Assembly: GCA_045106985.1 (NCBI GenBank)
Contig: JBGCFQ010000005.1
Location: 86,700-150,699, forward strand
Length of the DNA stretch: 64,000 bases
Direction of reading: 5' to 3'
Origin: Pseudomonadales bacterium
GTDB taxonomy: Bacteria > Pseudomonadota > Gammaproteobacteria > Pseudomonadales > JAUIET01
In this document: positions 46,683-57,505 of the stretch, one piece after another
How positions within the stretch are numbered: position 1 is the first letter of the stretch
Layout of the letters: every line of letters begins with the position of its first letter
Notes under the pieces: model-generated
Seen by the model: only the letters and a program-made list of their open reading frames with translations
What the model was told of the DNA's origin: nothing
Databases searched by the model: none
Position numbers and translations under genes: made by a program

Positions 46683-47600
46683 TTAAACACGCATGCTGTG
46701 CAGATAGTTAAAAGAATTTGTAGCCGTTGCCATAGGATCTTCAGGTTTATCATGCTCTACAAAGAAGTCCTTAATGCCGCTATCGAGTGCGATACGCGTC
46801 AGACTTGGAAAATCAATAGTGCCACTACCCACATCGGTAAAACTGCCATCGGCCGCCATGTCTTTCATATGACAACTACTGATGCGATCTGAATAGCGTT
46901 TTAGATACTCCGCAGGGTTTTTTCCGGCTTTTGTAGCCCAGTACAAATCCAACTGAAATGTGACAGCATCCGCGTCTGTTTTTTCGATTAAGTATTCGAA
47001 TGGGATTGTGCCGTCGACCGGCTTGAAATCGAAATCATGATTATGGTATCCAAACTTCATACCATTAGCTTGGCAGATCGATCCTGCCTCATTGAACAGT
47101 GAAGCAAGTCTATCCAGAGCCTTCCTACTGGTCATTTCAGCTGGGGGTACTGCAGACAGAATAATGTTCTCGTAGCCAAGCTCCTTAGCTTCGGGCAGCA
47201 TTGCCTTCAGATTGCCCAGCAATTTATCGGTGGCCGCCAGTTCCATATATAGCTTCATGGCCTGCTCGCGCGGCATAGACATCAGATCGGCTGGCAATTT
47301 AGGGCGAAGTCGGCCGTTAGGTGCCTCAAGCTTAAGCTCGGCCAGTAGAGCTTTTACTTCTGAGGCTCCGCGCCCTTGCAGGCCTCCCGCCGTGGAAAAC
47401 TCAATTTGTCGATAGCCAATGGCTGCCACTTGTTTGAGGGTCTCCTCGAAGTCGTTACGCAGCAACTTATCCACTGTAAACAACTGCAATCCAATATTGT
47501 CCAACCGTCGCACTTCGGAGGCGACCAGGTCGAGGGAGTTTGCCAGTAGCAAGCCCAAACTGGACTGACTCGTGTACTTTAGAAATTCGCGTCGACGCAT
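46683..47600 (-). CDS. sugar phosphate isomerase/epimerase (xylose-isomerase-like TIM barrel), TAT signal
   Basis: MRRREFLKYT twin-arginine leader. AP-endonuclease-2/TIM-barrel pattern (GYRQIEFS...GYHNHDFDF...HMKD). Confidence 0.65.
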   Translation of the reverse strand: MRRREFLKYTSQSSLGLLLANSLDLVASEVRRLDNIGLQLFTVDKLLRNDFEETLKQVAAIGYRQIEFSTAGGLQGRGASEVKALLAELKLEAPNGRLRPKLPADLMSMPREQAMKLYMELAATDKLLGNLKAMLPEAKELGYENIILSAVPPAEMTSRKALDRLASLFNEAGSICQANGMKFGYHNHDFDFKPVDGTIPFEYLIEKTDADAVTFQLDLYWATKAGKNPAEYLKRYSDRISSCHMKDMAADGSFTDVGSGTIDFPSLTRIALDSGIKDFFVEHDKPEDPMATATNSFNYLHSMRV

Positions 47601-48007
47601 TGTATTTGATCCTAGCAGTGCTGCTGGAGAGCCAATGGGTTAATGGGCATCTTTGAAGATGGTTCTGTGGCTACGAGCTACACTATTCTACCTATAATTC
47701 GACACATTTAAAGTAAGCGCGAATCGTCGCAGGTAGTCCATTTTCATCGAGGCGTTTATTCGTGAATAGCAATTCAGACCGGCAAGGCTTGGATCGATTA
47801 ACTGGAACCCCGAACTAGAACCCGTTCGCGCCAGCTTTGGATGATGCAACCGCCGAAAAGCATCTAAGCGGCGTCATGGAACCGCTTTCGAATTGGCGCA
47901 TGGAGGCATGTTGAATATCCGCTTCTAAGCGTTAGTCGCCAGTCAGCCCAGTAGAGCTACCCACGTCCCAGCAGATTCTTTGTCGCGAAATTTGATAAGA
48001 TTACCGC

Positions 48008-48784
48008 ATGAAAATGCTGCCCTTGTTTCCCTTAGCGATATTCGGCTCTCTGCTCATTGCCGAGATTTTACTGGGACACTTATCCCGACAGCGTGGCAAC
48101 CACCAAGAGAAAATCTTGGCCTGGGGCTCCTACCTTCAACAAGCCGCCGTGGTTCGACCGGTAATAGCCTTTTTGCTGGCGGCTATTGCGGGGTTACTCG
48201 CCCCTACTTCTGCTGACAGTCTGGACCACTTGCCCTTCTGGCCAGTGTTCGTCGTGTATTTGTTCAGTCGCGAGTTAATGCAGTATTGGTACCACCGTTT
48301 TTCGCACGAGTGGCCTTGGCTATGGCGGCTGCATCGCACTCATCACTCGGCCCAACAAATGAATGTGCTGGTAACCAGCCGTGGAAACTTACTGTGGTTT
48401 CTGTTGATGCCAACACTCTACTTTGAGGCATGGATGATTTATGTGGGTCTTGGCGAGCCGTATCTGTTGGCATACGCCATACTGGCTGCTGTTTCGATCA
48501 GCTCGCACAGCGGCTTTCGCTGGGATTTGCCGCTGTTTGCCAACCGCGTAAGCGGGCCAATCATGCACAAGCTTAAATACATCATAACCCTGCCTGACAC
48601 GCACCACGCACACCATGGCATGGGCGAGGGGGCAAACCCGAACGGCAATTACGCCCCAATGTTTTTCTTCTATGACGTGTTGTTTGGCACCGCCAAAAAT
48701 CCAGTGCAGCGGCAAAGCCAGCTCGGCATTGAGGAAGGTGATAGTTTGCCTTGGTGGCGCCAGCTTTGGTCACCCAAAGGCTAG
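48008..48784 (+). CDS. sterol desaturase / fatty acid hydroxylase superfamily membrane protein
   Basis: Histidine boxes HRFSHE, HRTHHS and HHAHH, with 4 TM helices. Confidence 0.75.
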   Translation: MKMLPLFPLAIFGSLLIAEILLGHLSRQRGNHQEKILAWGSYLQQAAVVRPVIAFLLAAIAGLLAPTSADSLDHLPFWPVFVVYLFSRELMQYWYHRFSHEWPWLWRLHRTHHSAQQMNVLVTSRGNLLWFLLMPTLYFEAWMIYVGLGEPYLLAYAILAAVSISSHSGFRWDLPLFANRVSGPIMHKLKYIITLPDTHHAHHGMGEGANPNGNYAPMFFFYDVLFGTAKNPVQRQSQLGIEEGDSLPWWRQLWSPKG

Positions 48785-48800
48785 CAGACCGACTAAATTA

Positions 48801-49934
48801 CTATTCCAGTTCTGCGGTAAGGTCGGCCAGCGCCACAACCCGGCAACGCGGTTGCTCTATCTCGCCTTCCGACATCAGGTAACGAAAGTACAGGCTACCC
48901 ACCATATGGCCTTCGGTATCAATCCAATTGGCCACACCGGGGTCTTCATGGGCCAACACAAAGGTCCAGCTGCCATCGGCATTCAAGGCCATTTGTTTTC
49001 GATTCAGCGAACCGGGCCTATACCGATAATCAATCGCCTGCTGATACCGATTCCAAAAACACACATTGGCGTACACACATTCTGGCCAACTGCCTTCCAC
49101 GATGAGCGCCTGGTCCGGAGCCAAAATGGTTAAGCCGGCGCAGTAAGCATTGTCGACGGCACCGGCACCGCCACCTTCGGTGGGCACCCAGCGTTCTGGT
49201 TTAGGTAGGTCATTGGGCACCATAGAGAACCAGGTCGGTGTTTCGGCCTGACCGGGCAATGGCCGATCAAGCGTTTGCCCTTTGATGAAAGTTTGAGCGG
49301 CTCTAAGCTTGCTGGCCAAAGATGATGGTGCGAGTGGACGTGGATATCCCGGCTCGTCCAGGCACACTATATCTAATTCGGCAACACAATCGGGGTTGGC
49401 TAAACCTGATACGGGCTCTTCCCAATAGTGCCGGGCAATCACGCAATTCGGTTTGCCCGCCTCCATATGAAGGGCGCCGGGCGTTGGGCTTGCCTCAATA
49501 AAGAGCTCGTAATTACCTTCTTCATCACGCGTAAATTCCGTATGGTTCATGGCTGAGATAACACCATCATTCCAATCGCCTTCTTCTTTACCCGTGTATA
49601 TCGTGTAGCTTATGTACACCTCATTACTCATTTTTCCGCGTATTCTATAACGCTTACTTGGGTTGAGTGGAGCCAGGTGCGAGGGGTTGTCTGGCCCCTC
49701 CCCGCCCCACTTCATAACAGGTGATGCTTGCAATGCAAAGCGCGGTCGGCTGGCGTCATTGTCTACCCAAGCGTCCAACCCCACTTTCATTAAATGCATC
49801 AGCATATGCTGACCTTCTGCGATGTCAGCCGCTTCAGTGATAAAGCGTTCTTCGCTGAAGTATTTCTTATCAACAGTTGAGAGAAATTCTAGAAACTCTT
49901 GAAAAGCTTTTCTATCTTGGCTAGTTACACTCAC
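48801..49934 (-). CDS. hypothetical protein (possibly DUF1214-like)
   Basis: A long ORF with coding-like composition. The family assignment is only an impression. Confidence 0.5.
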   Translation of the reverse strand: MSVTSQDRKAFQEFLEFLSTVDKKYFSEERFITEAADIAEGQHMLMHLMKVGLDAWVDNDASRPRFALQASPVMKWGGEGPDNPSHLAPLNPSKRYRIRGKMSNEVYISYTIYTGKEEGDWNDGVISAMNHTEFTRDEEGNYELFIEASPTPGALHMEAGKPNCVIARHYWEEPVSGLANPDCVAELDIVCLDEPGYPRPLAPSSLASKLRAAQTFIKGQTLDRPLPGQAETPTWFSMVPNDLPKPERWVPTEGGGAGAVDNAYCAGLTILAPDQALIVEGSWPECVYANVCFWNRYQQAIDYRYRPGSLNRKQMALNADGSWTFVLAHEDPGVANWIDTEGHMVGSLYFRYLMSEGEIEQPRCRVVALADLTAELE

Positions 49935-50139
49935 TTCCTCTCCTTGTTTATCATCAAAGTTTTAAACGCTTTTGAACAAAGTAGTGCCGAATCAGCAACA
50001 GCGGCTCGGCAATGCTCGCACGATGTTAGCACTGTGCTGGCATCCTTAATCTTACCGAGTATCAAGTATTTGAAAGTAGAACTCATTTCCTTTGTATACT
50101 GCCTTCCTTTCAACGAATTCGACCAAAGGCTAACTTTCT

Positions 50140-52629
50140 GTGCCCTCTACCACCCCCGCTGTTCAAGTTGCAACGCCTCAAATAATACGTATAGAAGACA
50201 TCACTACCGAAGCGGTGGGTGGTAAAGCGGCAGGCTTAGCTGAGTTAATACGTTGGGGCTTAAATGTGCCTGCTGCCTTCGTTATTCTTGACGCCGCTAT
50301 TGATAGCATCTCTGACGAGAAGTCTGCCGATAACTCTGAGAGCTCGCAGTACTTAGCCGAGCTGGAAGATCACTACCAACAACTGGGTGGTGGCAAAGTA
50401 GCCGTTCGTTCATCTGCTTTGGGAGAAGATGGCGAGCAAGCATCCTTTGCTGGCCAGTACGACACCGTGCTAAATGTTGAGGGCTTGGATGAGCTTAAGT
50501 CGGCCATTCAGCAATGCCTGCACTCACTGAGCAATCAACGGGCAAGCGCATACCAGAGTGAACGAGCTGAGCAAGAAGCGACACAGGCAGATGAACAAAA
50601 AATGTGCGTTGTTGTTCAGTGCATGGCCGAGGCCAGCGTCGCTGGCGTGCTGTTCACGGCCGACCCCGTGTCGGGCCGTCACGATCGATTGGTCATTGAT
50701 TCAGCACCCGGCTTGGGGGAAGCACTTGTTAGCGGCGAAGTCACGCCTGATCACTTTGAGCTCAATCGTGGCAACGAGATAATCAACAGAGATTTGGCGG
50801 CAGAAGATGCCTCATTAAGCGACCAACAGATTTTGACACTGGCCAAGGACGCAAGAAAGGCCCAGAAAGCCGCCGGCGAACACCTGGATATGGAATGGGC
50901 GATTGAAGCTGATGGAACCGTACGCTGGTTGCAAGCACGTCCTATTACCACTCTGGGTCTTGACCTGAATGACGGCTACACAAGTGTTCCCCCAGATCAT
51001 ATTGTTACTCGCTGCAATGTTGGCGAGATGATGCCGGGGCCTGTCTGCCCTTTGACCTTTTCGGTGCAAGGCCGAGCGATAGAGCACGGCATGCAATACA
51101 TGCATACCCAGTACGCAAGCCGGCCCGCCATCACTGATGAGTGGACCCAAATCAACTTATTCTTTGGTCACATGTTTATCAACCTCACAGGCAGCCTCAA
51201 TGCAGGGCGATCAGTGTCGTTGAACACAGCTGAAACAACCGCCATGTCGATGTGCGGCCGCCTGATTCCAGAGTTAAAAGACCCGAAAGATAAGAAGGCC
51301 CTGCCTCTGCGCTGGTGGGGTTCGATCAAGTTCGTACGGTTTTGTTTGTTAGCTCGACGCTATATGGCTGAATTTGAGTCCAGGTTCCGCCACTTCCACA
51401 TCCGTTATAGCGATGACCCCGTCACCATGGTGGAAGAGATGGAGCGCCAGTTTCCTTGGCTGTGTGAAACGACCGAAGTACATCTGCGTACTTCGGCATA
51501 CTCAGGCGTAATGGAAGGCGTGGTGCAAGGGATAGTGTCGGGCCGCAGCAGAAACCCATCCGCAGCCGAGCAGGCGTCTTTGCAAGCGGAAGCCGCGCGC
51601 CTACTGGCCGGTGCCAGCGATGTTGAAAGCGCCGTGATGGTGGAGCAACTGGACGCGGTGATTGATTTATTGGCCGAAAACGAAGAGGCCGCGGAAAATT
51701 TCCGCGTTAGCTCAAGCAAAATGGCCGTCGCCTGGTTACGTAACCCTTCGAGTGGCGCCGTGGGCAAACGCTTTAAAGACTTTATGACTCACCACGGGCA
51801 TCGTGGCTACAGAGAACTATGTGTGCGCAGCAAGGCCTGGAATGACGAACCCGAAGTGCTGGTAAAAACAATGCAAGCCTCCGTTGCAGCACGCTTAAAT
51901 GCAGCTTACGAAGCAAAGCACAGTGAAGAAATTGATTGGGCCGCTGAAAGCTGGCTGCTGCGCAAAACACTGCCCAAAGCGCATGAAGCCATTCGGCTGC
52001 GAGAACAAACTAAATCCGATTTGGTATTGGTTACTTACAAACTGAAATGTGGCTATCGTCATTTGGGTAGCCTGTTAGCCAAACGCGGGCTGCTTGAAGA
52101 TGCCGACCTGGTGTTCTTTATGTCGCGCGAGGAACTCTCGGCATTTTGCCGAGAGCCGAGTGACGAAATGGCGGCATTGACAATAAAACGCCGACGAACC
52201 ATTGAGTTTCAAGAACGACTTGAATTTGAAGACATACATATTGGCTGTGCCGAACCTAGCGAGCGACAAGTACTGCACACGGGCAAAGACGGCGAGTATG
52301 TTGGTCGACCCGTGAGCTGTGGCGTTGTTGAAGGACGTGCGCGAGTGGCGACTACGCTTGAGCAAGCGGCCGAGCTGCAGCCCGGTGAGATTTTGATTTC
52401 GCATATCACCGATATAGGCTGGACACCCTACTTCAGCCTCATTGGGGGTTTAGCCACTGATGTGGGCAGCGCGGTATCGCACGGCGCGGTTATCGCTCGC
52501 GAGTACGGCCTGCCGGCGATCGTGAATTTACGAGTAGCCACCAAAGTCTTTAATACTGGCGACCTAGTGAGATTAGATGCTGATAAAGGCATACTGACCA
52601 AACTAGAAAACGCTGCAGCTTTACACTAA
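50140..52629 (+). CDS. PEP/pyruvate-binding (ATP-grasp) plus PEP-utilising swivel-domain protein (PEP synthase / rifampicin-phosphotransferase-like architecture)
   Basis: N-terminal GGKAAGLAEL...VAVRSSALGEDG...FAGQYDT (PPDK_N). Extreme C-terminal mobile His domain GGLATDVGSAVSHGAVIAREYGLPAI. GTG start. Confidence 0.75.
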   Translation: MPSTTPAVQVATPQIIRIEDITTEAVGGKAAGLAELIRWGLNVPAAFVILDAAIDSISDEKSADNSESSQYLAELEDHYQQLGGGKVAVRSSALGEDGEQASFAGQYDTVLNVEGLDELKSAIQQCLHSLSNQRASAYQSERAEQEATQADEQKMCVVVQCMAEASVAGVLFTADPVSGRHDRLVIDSAPGLGEALVSGEVTPDHFELNRGNEIINRDLAAEDASLSDQQILTLAKDARKAQKAAGEHLDMEWAIEADGTVRWLQARPITTLGLDLNDGYTSVPPDHIVTRCNVGEMMPGPVCPLTFSVQGRAIEHGMQYMHTQYASRPAITDEWTQINLFFGHMFINLTGSLNAGRSVSLNTAETTAMSMCGRLIPELKDPKDKKALPLRWWGSIKFVRFCLLARRYMAEFESRFRHFHIRYSDDPVTMVEEMERQFPWLCETTEVHLRTSAYSGVMEGVVQGIVSGRSRNPSAAEQASLQAEAARLLAGASDVESAVMVEQLDAVIDLLAENEEAAENFRVSSSKMAVAWLRNPSSGAVGKRFKDFMTHHGHRGYRELCVRSKAWNDEPEVLVKTMQASVAARLNAAYEAKHSEEIDWAAESWLLRKTLPKAHEAIRLREQTKSDLVLVTYKLKCGYRHLGSLLAKRGLLEDADLVFFMSREELSAFCREPSDEMAALTIKRRRTIEFQERLEFEDIHIGCAEPSERQVLHTGKDGEYVGRPVSCGVVEGRARVATTLEQAAELQPGEILISHITDIGWTPYFSLIGGLATDVGSAVSHGAVIAREYGLPAIVNLRVATKVFNTGDLVRLDADKGILTKLENAAALH

Positions 52630-52641
52630 GGGGAACACAGA

Positions 52642-53790
52642 ATGCGCACAATTCTTATACTCATCAGTCTGTTACTTGGGTTTTCCGCGCCCCACCTATG
52701 GGCCGATGGCTACGCTAAATCACCGGTAGCTCTTGTAACGCAAACGGAAACCGATGCAGAACAGTTGCCCGCGGCACTTGCAGGCTATGCACTCGCCGAG
52801 AAAGCCCTTCGCGATACGCCTGAATGGACACCACCAAAACGCATTCTTATTACATTGAATGCATTCGGCATAACAGAGGGCATGGATGACGTACTGCACG
52901 GCATAGAGCTTGTTGTCACGCCCGGTTTTACTGGCGGCCCAGACGCTCGCGGAGATTTTGATGCTGTGCTACTTATGTGTGGCGCCGCACTTGATGAAGT
53001 CGGTTCTGTTCGCTGGATTCATACCTACAGCGCGGGCGTAGAAGGATGCCTGAACCACAAAACAATGCTCGCAAACCCTGATGCCTTAGTAACGAACAGC
53101 CGTGGTGCCGCAGCCGCTACCATTGCGGAACACGCTATAGCGATGATGATGTCCTTAGGTCGCAAGCTGCCGACGTTTCGAGACAAAATGAAAGATGCAA
53201 AGTGGGCTTCTCAAGCAGTGCCCCGACAAGAATTCTCGACCGTTCGTGGCAAAACAGTACTGGTTCTTGGTCTGGGTCGTATAGGAACGGAAAGCGCACG
53301 CTTGGCGAATGCATTGGGCATGCGTGTAATGGCCACACGAAACAGCCGTCGTGAAGGGCCAGACTTCGTCGATTATGTCGGCCTGTCTAGTGAGAGCGTA
53401 GAGTTGGCCGCGAAAGCTGACGTAGTTATAAACGCCCTGCCGTATACAGCAGCAACCAAGCACATAGTTAACGCTGAGTTCTTAGAAGCTATGCCGGCGC
53501 ATGCAACGTTTATTAATGTTGGCCGAGGCGGAACAGTCGATACCGAAGCCTTGATTAAAGCCCTGGAAGAAAAATCCATCGCAGCGGCGGGACTGGATGT
53601 TACCGACCCTGAACCACTGCCTGCTAACAGTAAATTGTGGGCTATGGACAATGTGTTAATAACCCCGCACATAGCAGCGGCGTCTGTAGAAGCCTTACAA
53701 CTAACCGGAATGATAGCCCGCGAAAATCTTAAGCGATTTATCAGAGGCGACAAACTCATTAACCCGGTTAACCGGGATAAAGCCTATTAG
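52642..53790 (+). CDS. D-isomer-specific 2-hydroxyacid dehydrogenase family protein with an N-terminal signal-like sequence
   Basis: NAD-binding VLGLGRIGTESARL, plus the catalytic-region blocks FINVGRG, LDVTDPEP and ITPHIAA. The N-terminus MRTILILISLLLGFSAPHLWA looks like a signal peptide. Confidence 0.75.
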   Translation: MRTILILISLLLGFSAPHLWADGYAKSPVALVTQTETDAEQLPAALAGYALAEKALRDTPEWTPPKRILITLNAFGITEGMDDVLHGIELVVTPGFTGGPDARGDFDAVLLMCGAALDEVGSVRWIHTYSAGVEGCLNHKTMLANPDALVTNSRGAAAATIAEHAIAMMMSLGRKLPTFRDKMKDAKWASQAVPRQEFSTVRGKTVLVLGLGRIGTESARLANALGMRVMATRNSRREGPDFVDYVGLSSESVELAAKADVVINALPYTAATKHIVNAEFLEAMPAHATFINVGRGGTVDTEALIKALEEKSIAAAGLDVTDPEPLPANSKLWAMDNVLITPHIAAASVEALQLTGMIARENLKRFIRGDKLINPVNRDKAY

Positions 53791-53822
53791 GTCACCGCTG
53801 AGTTAAATCATTCTGCGGGCGG

Positions 53823-54494
53823 TTAAAGCCGCCCAATCGCCGACACAATGCTATCGCTAATGAGCTCCGCAATACAAAGCTCGCCCCCATCAAAGGTGTA
53901 CCTATAGCGTCGCGCCCACAGTATTTGCACGTCTGAAGCAAAGTTCGTATGCCATGGACTGTTTCCTTGCACAGCCTGGTAAAGCACGCCGGAACGCACG
54001 GCACTGACACTACTCTCAAGCGTCTCGCCAATCGGCTTGCTGCCTAGATTGGCCAACCAAGGGTAACGATCAATAACGGCCTGCTCTACTAGCGTGGAGG
54101 CGATGGCCGCTGTACAGTTCCCTACTCTAATAACAACATCTCGCCGCACTGTTGTGCTGTTGTTATTGCCTGTACAAGGGCCTTGGCGTATTAACTCAAC
54201 GCTTACAGGGCCGCGACTTAAAGCGCGCAGATATTCAGTGAACAAGCCAGGATACGCCAAGGCGCCTACATCGCTGTTGGCGTGCTGCTCTTCAAAGCTC
54301 GGCCAGGTTTGCCATTGCTCTACAGATTGAATAAAACTCAGAGGTGGGTGAACAGACACTACATTCTCAGATTGCAACTCAGTCTGTGACAATACTGAAA
54401 TAACGCCGTGTGACCAAGCCTTGGAATTGGCCCTATTTACACAGCTACAGCAAATCAAGAAGACAAACATATTCCACATCGCTCTATTGCCCAA
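53823..54494 (-). CDS. hypothetical protein, chorismate-lyase/UTRA-like fold (DUF98-like)
   Basis: LGSKPIGETL...LWARRYRYTFDGGELCIAELI resembles the UbiC-family core. Hydrophobic N-terminus. Weak call. Confidence 0.35.
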   Translation of the reverse strand: MGNRAMWNMFVFLICCSCVNRANSKAWSHGVISVLSQTELQSENVVSVHPPLSFIQSVEQWQTWPSFEEQHANSDVGALAYPGLFTEYLRALSRGPVSVELIRQGPCTGNNNSTTVRRDVVIRVGNCTAAIASTLVEQAVIDRYPWLANLGSKPIGETLESSVSAVRSGVLYQAVQGNSPWHTNFASDVQILWARRYRYTFDGGELCIAELISDSIVSAIGRL

Positions 54495-54543
54495 ATGCGA
54501 GTGATGACAGAGAATAGTGCGGTTAGTTTATTGGAATGTGCTT

Positions 54544-55050
54544 ATGTCCTCTTCGCTTGAAACTGTCATAGAAAAAATGATCTATCGGTCACGCTGGCTA
54601 CTGGCCCCTATCTACCTGGGTCTGTCTTTGGCGTTAATCGCTCTAGGTTTCAAGTTTTTTGAAGAATGTTGGCACCTCTTAACGCACCTCATTGGCATGA
54701 AAGAAGCCGACATGGTGTTGGTGGTTTTATCACTGATTGACATGGCCATGGTTGGCGGATTGATTGTGATGGTAATGATGAGTGGCTATGAGAACTTTGT
54801 GTCACAGCTGGATGTCGGTGATGATGAAGAAAAGCTCAGCTGGCTCGGAACAATGGATTCGTCGTCGCTGAAGGCTAAAATTGCAGCCAGCATTGTGGCA
54901 ATATCAAGCATTCACCTGCTGCAAATATTCATGAATACCCAGAATATCGATAACGCGAAAATCATGTGGTACATCATTCTGCATATGACCTTCGTTGCGT
55001 CGGCGTTTGCGATGGGACTTCTTGATCACATCACTAAAAAGAAAACATGA
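54544..55050 (+). CDS. yqhA: UPF0114 (YqhA) family membrane protein
   Basis: [23 protein letters not shown] opening and ~165 aa with 4 TM helices are typical of YqhA. Confidence 0.7.
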   Translation: MSSSLETVIEKMIYRSRWLLAPIYLGLSLALIALGFKFFEECWHLLTHLIGMKEADMVLVVLSLIDMAMVGGLIVMVMMSGYENFVSQLDVGDDEEKLSWLGTMDSSSLKAKIAASIVAISSIHLLQIFMNTQNIDNAKIMWYIILHMTFVASAFAMGLLDHITKKKT

Positions 55051-56537
55051 GTACGCAGACACCTATTCCGTTCAGCAATAGTTTCGCTCGCCTGCCTGAC
55101 GCGTTTTATTCAATTCAAAACCCCACGCCTGTGAAGCAGCCGGGGCTAATACAGGTAAATGAGGCACTTGCCGAGGTGCTTGGCATTAGCGCCGAATGGC
55201 TGCGCTCGGAGCAAGGCATTGCCTCAATTGCCGGCAACTTTGTTCCTGAAGGTGCCGAACCATTAGCCGCAGCTTACGCAGGACATCAGTTCGGCGGCTG
55301 GAACCCACAGTTAGGTGATGGACGTGCTGTGCTGCTAGGCGAAGTACTGGGCAACGACGGTCAACAATACGACATTCAACTTAAAGGCAGCGGCCGAACC
55401 CATTGGTCGCGTGGTGGTGATGGTCGTTCGCCATTAGGTCCTGTGCTGCGCGAGTACATTGTTAGTGAAGCAATGGCTAAGCTTGGTGTTGCCACCAGTC
55501 GCAGTCTTGCGGCGGTAACGACTGGCGAACAAGTTCATCGTGAAGAATCCCTGCCGGGCGCGGTTTTATGTCGAGTTGCTAAAAGTCATGTGCGTATTGG
55601 TAGCTTCCAGTACTTTGCTGCGCGCCAGGATACTGACTCATTAAAAACCTTGTGCGACTTTGTAATTGATCGGCACTACCCGGCGGCCGCTCAGGCAAGC
55701 AATCCAATATTAGAGATGCTTAACAGTGCGATACAACGCCAAGCGGAGTTAGTCGCCAGCTGGCAGGGCTTTGGCTTTATTCATGGCGTAATGAACACCG
55801 ACAATATGTTGCTCAGTGGCGAAACTATTGACTACGGCCCTTGCGCATTTATGGACACTTATCACCCCGAGAAAGTGTTCAGCTCTATAGATCATCAAGG
55901 CCGTTACGCCTATCAAAACCAGCCAGGTATTGCCCATTGGAACCTGATGCAATTGGCGCAATGTCTGCTGCCTCTATTAGACGATGACCAGGAATCGGCC
56001 GTGGGCTTAGCTCAATCGGCTATCGATACTTTTCCCGCCGTGTTTGCAGAAGCTTACAACGCGCGATTGAATGAAAAGTTTGGCTTCACTCGCTCGAATG
56101 AAGACGACCAAGCCATGACCCAGCAATTCTTTTCGCTGATGGCTGAGCACAAGCTCGACTTTACCTTGAGCTTTCGTTGTCTGTATGAGTTACTCGATGA
56201 AAAAGAAAGTAACTCAACAATTGCGAAGGCCGCCCAGTTACAAGGCTTCCCGCAAGAGTTTGATATCTGGATAGCAAACTGGAAGCTGCGAGTCGCCAGT
56301 GACGGAAGTAACTCTGACGCAGCTGAAAGAATGAAGTACGCCAACCCAGCGGTTATCGCGAGAAACCACCAGGTTGAACATGTTATTCGGAAGGCCAGCA
56401 ACGAAGGTGACTTTGAACCATTCTACCGCTTACTTGCGGTACTGCAGTCACCTTGGTCTCTTGCCGGCGATGATCTTTCCTTCGCAGAGGCTCCAGCTAC
56501 ACATGAAATTGTAAGCCAAACCTTTTGCGGCACTTAG
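55047..56537 (+). CDS. selO: protein adenylyltransferase SelO (YdiU/UPF0061)
   Basis: [39 protein letters not shown] and HGVMNTDNM blocks. ATGA overlap with yqhA. Confidence 0.92.
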   Translation: MSTQTPIPFSNSFARLPDAFYSIQNPTPVKQPGLIQVNEALAEVLGISAEWLRSEQGIASIAGNFVPEGAEPLAAAYAGHQFGGWNPQLGDGRAVLLGEVLGNDGQQYDIQLKGSGRTHWSRGGDGRSPLGPVLREYIVSEAMAKLGVATSRSLAAVTTGEQVHREESLPGAVLCRVAKSHVRIGSFQYFAARQDTDSLKTLCDFVIDRHYPAAAQASNPILEMLNSAIQRQAELVASWQGFGFIHGVMNTDNMLLSGETIDYGPCAFMDTYHPEKVFSSIDHQGRYAYQNQPGIAHWNLMQLAQCLLPLLDDDQESAVGLAQSAIDTFPAVFAEAYNARLNEKFGFTRSNEDDQAMTQQFFSLMAEHKLDFTLSFRCLYELLDEKESNSTIAKAAQLQGFPQEFDIWIANWKLRVASDGSNSDAAERMKYANPAVIARNHQVEHVIRKASNEGDFEPFYRLLAVLQSPWSLAGDDLSFAEAPATHEIVSQTFCGT

Positions 56538-56605
56538 CTTTAACTTAGCGTCGCGACTCTGCATTAGCGGCTGTAAAGGAATCCAATTGTTTCGCTAACA
56601 GTGGG

Positions 56606-57436
56606 CTAGCCCTTACCGCCGCCAAAAAGATCTTTCATATTGGGCATAGCCGGCATCTCTTCAGGTGTTTCTGTTATCAGAGACGTTGCTCCAGAAGTGC
56701 CATACTCAAGTAACTCAGAAGTATTTTGTGAGACCTTGCCATTGATTGTGCTGTCGCCATTCACCTTCACAATACCAAAAGGCACGTTTTCAGAATAGTA
56801 ACTAGTCGTGTTGCTAGTGACGTTGATCTTCTTAAACAGTACTTTCATCGATACCGAACCGCTGCCCTGCAGCTTGCGCGTATCAAACGAGCCGGCTTGC
56901 ACAGTTACTTTCTCGCTGCCTTGATCTTCAAAATCGTAGGTAACTTCCGTTCCCATGCCTTTCATCATGCCTTGAGCAAAACCACCCGCTCCGCTCATTC
57001 GCATAGGTTTGTTCTTACCACTTTGCACAATCATTTCTTCACCCACACCACGCAAATTACGCATGGCATTAGCAGGGTCGCCGGTAAACATGTCTTCAGC
57101 GACGAGAATTTTTATCACGGCACGATCGTCAGCTGGTTTGCGCTTGCCTTTCTTAACCTTAAAGGAATCCATTACCATTTCAATCCAGTAATAGGTCTTA
57201 CCATTACGCTCTTCTTTGCTGAGCATCGACGAACGCATTACGCTCACGGTTTGCCGCCCTTTGTGATCCGTGGTTATTTCTTCACGAAGCGACCAGCTGC
57301 CAATAGGCGTAGCCTTGAGAAGGTTTAGGCTGGGCGCAGCAGAAGCAATGCCAGGCAGCAGCAATACAAGGCTGAGCGCCCCCACGACTAGCGAGCGAAG
57401 GCCTGAACGATAACTTGTACGAATAAGTGTAAACAT
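56606..57436 (-). CDS. secreted hypothetical protein
   Basis: Signal peptide ...LLLPGIASAAPS. Beta-rich, Gly/Lys-rich. No family recognised. Confidence 0.55.
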   Translation of the reverse strand: MFTLIRTSYRSGLRSLVVGALSLVLLLPGIASAAPSLNLLKATPIGSWSLREEITTDHKGRQTVSVMRSSMLSKEERNGKTYYWIEMVMDSFKVKKGKRKPADDRAVIKILVAEDMFTGDPANAMRNLRGVGEEMIVQSGKNKPMRMSGAGGFAQGMMKGMGTEVTYDFEDQGSEKVTVQAGSFDTRKLQGSGSVSMKVLFKKINVTSNTTSYYSENVPFGIVKVNGDSTINGKVSQNTSELLEYGTSGATSLITETPEEMPAMPNMKDLFGGGKG

Positions 57437-57505
57437 ATCCTTTGTTTCCTATTTAGTATTGATAAAGGGCATTGAAGGTCGGTGTCGAAAGCGACAGCGT
57501 AATAT

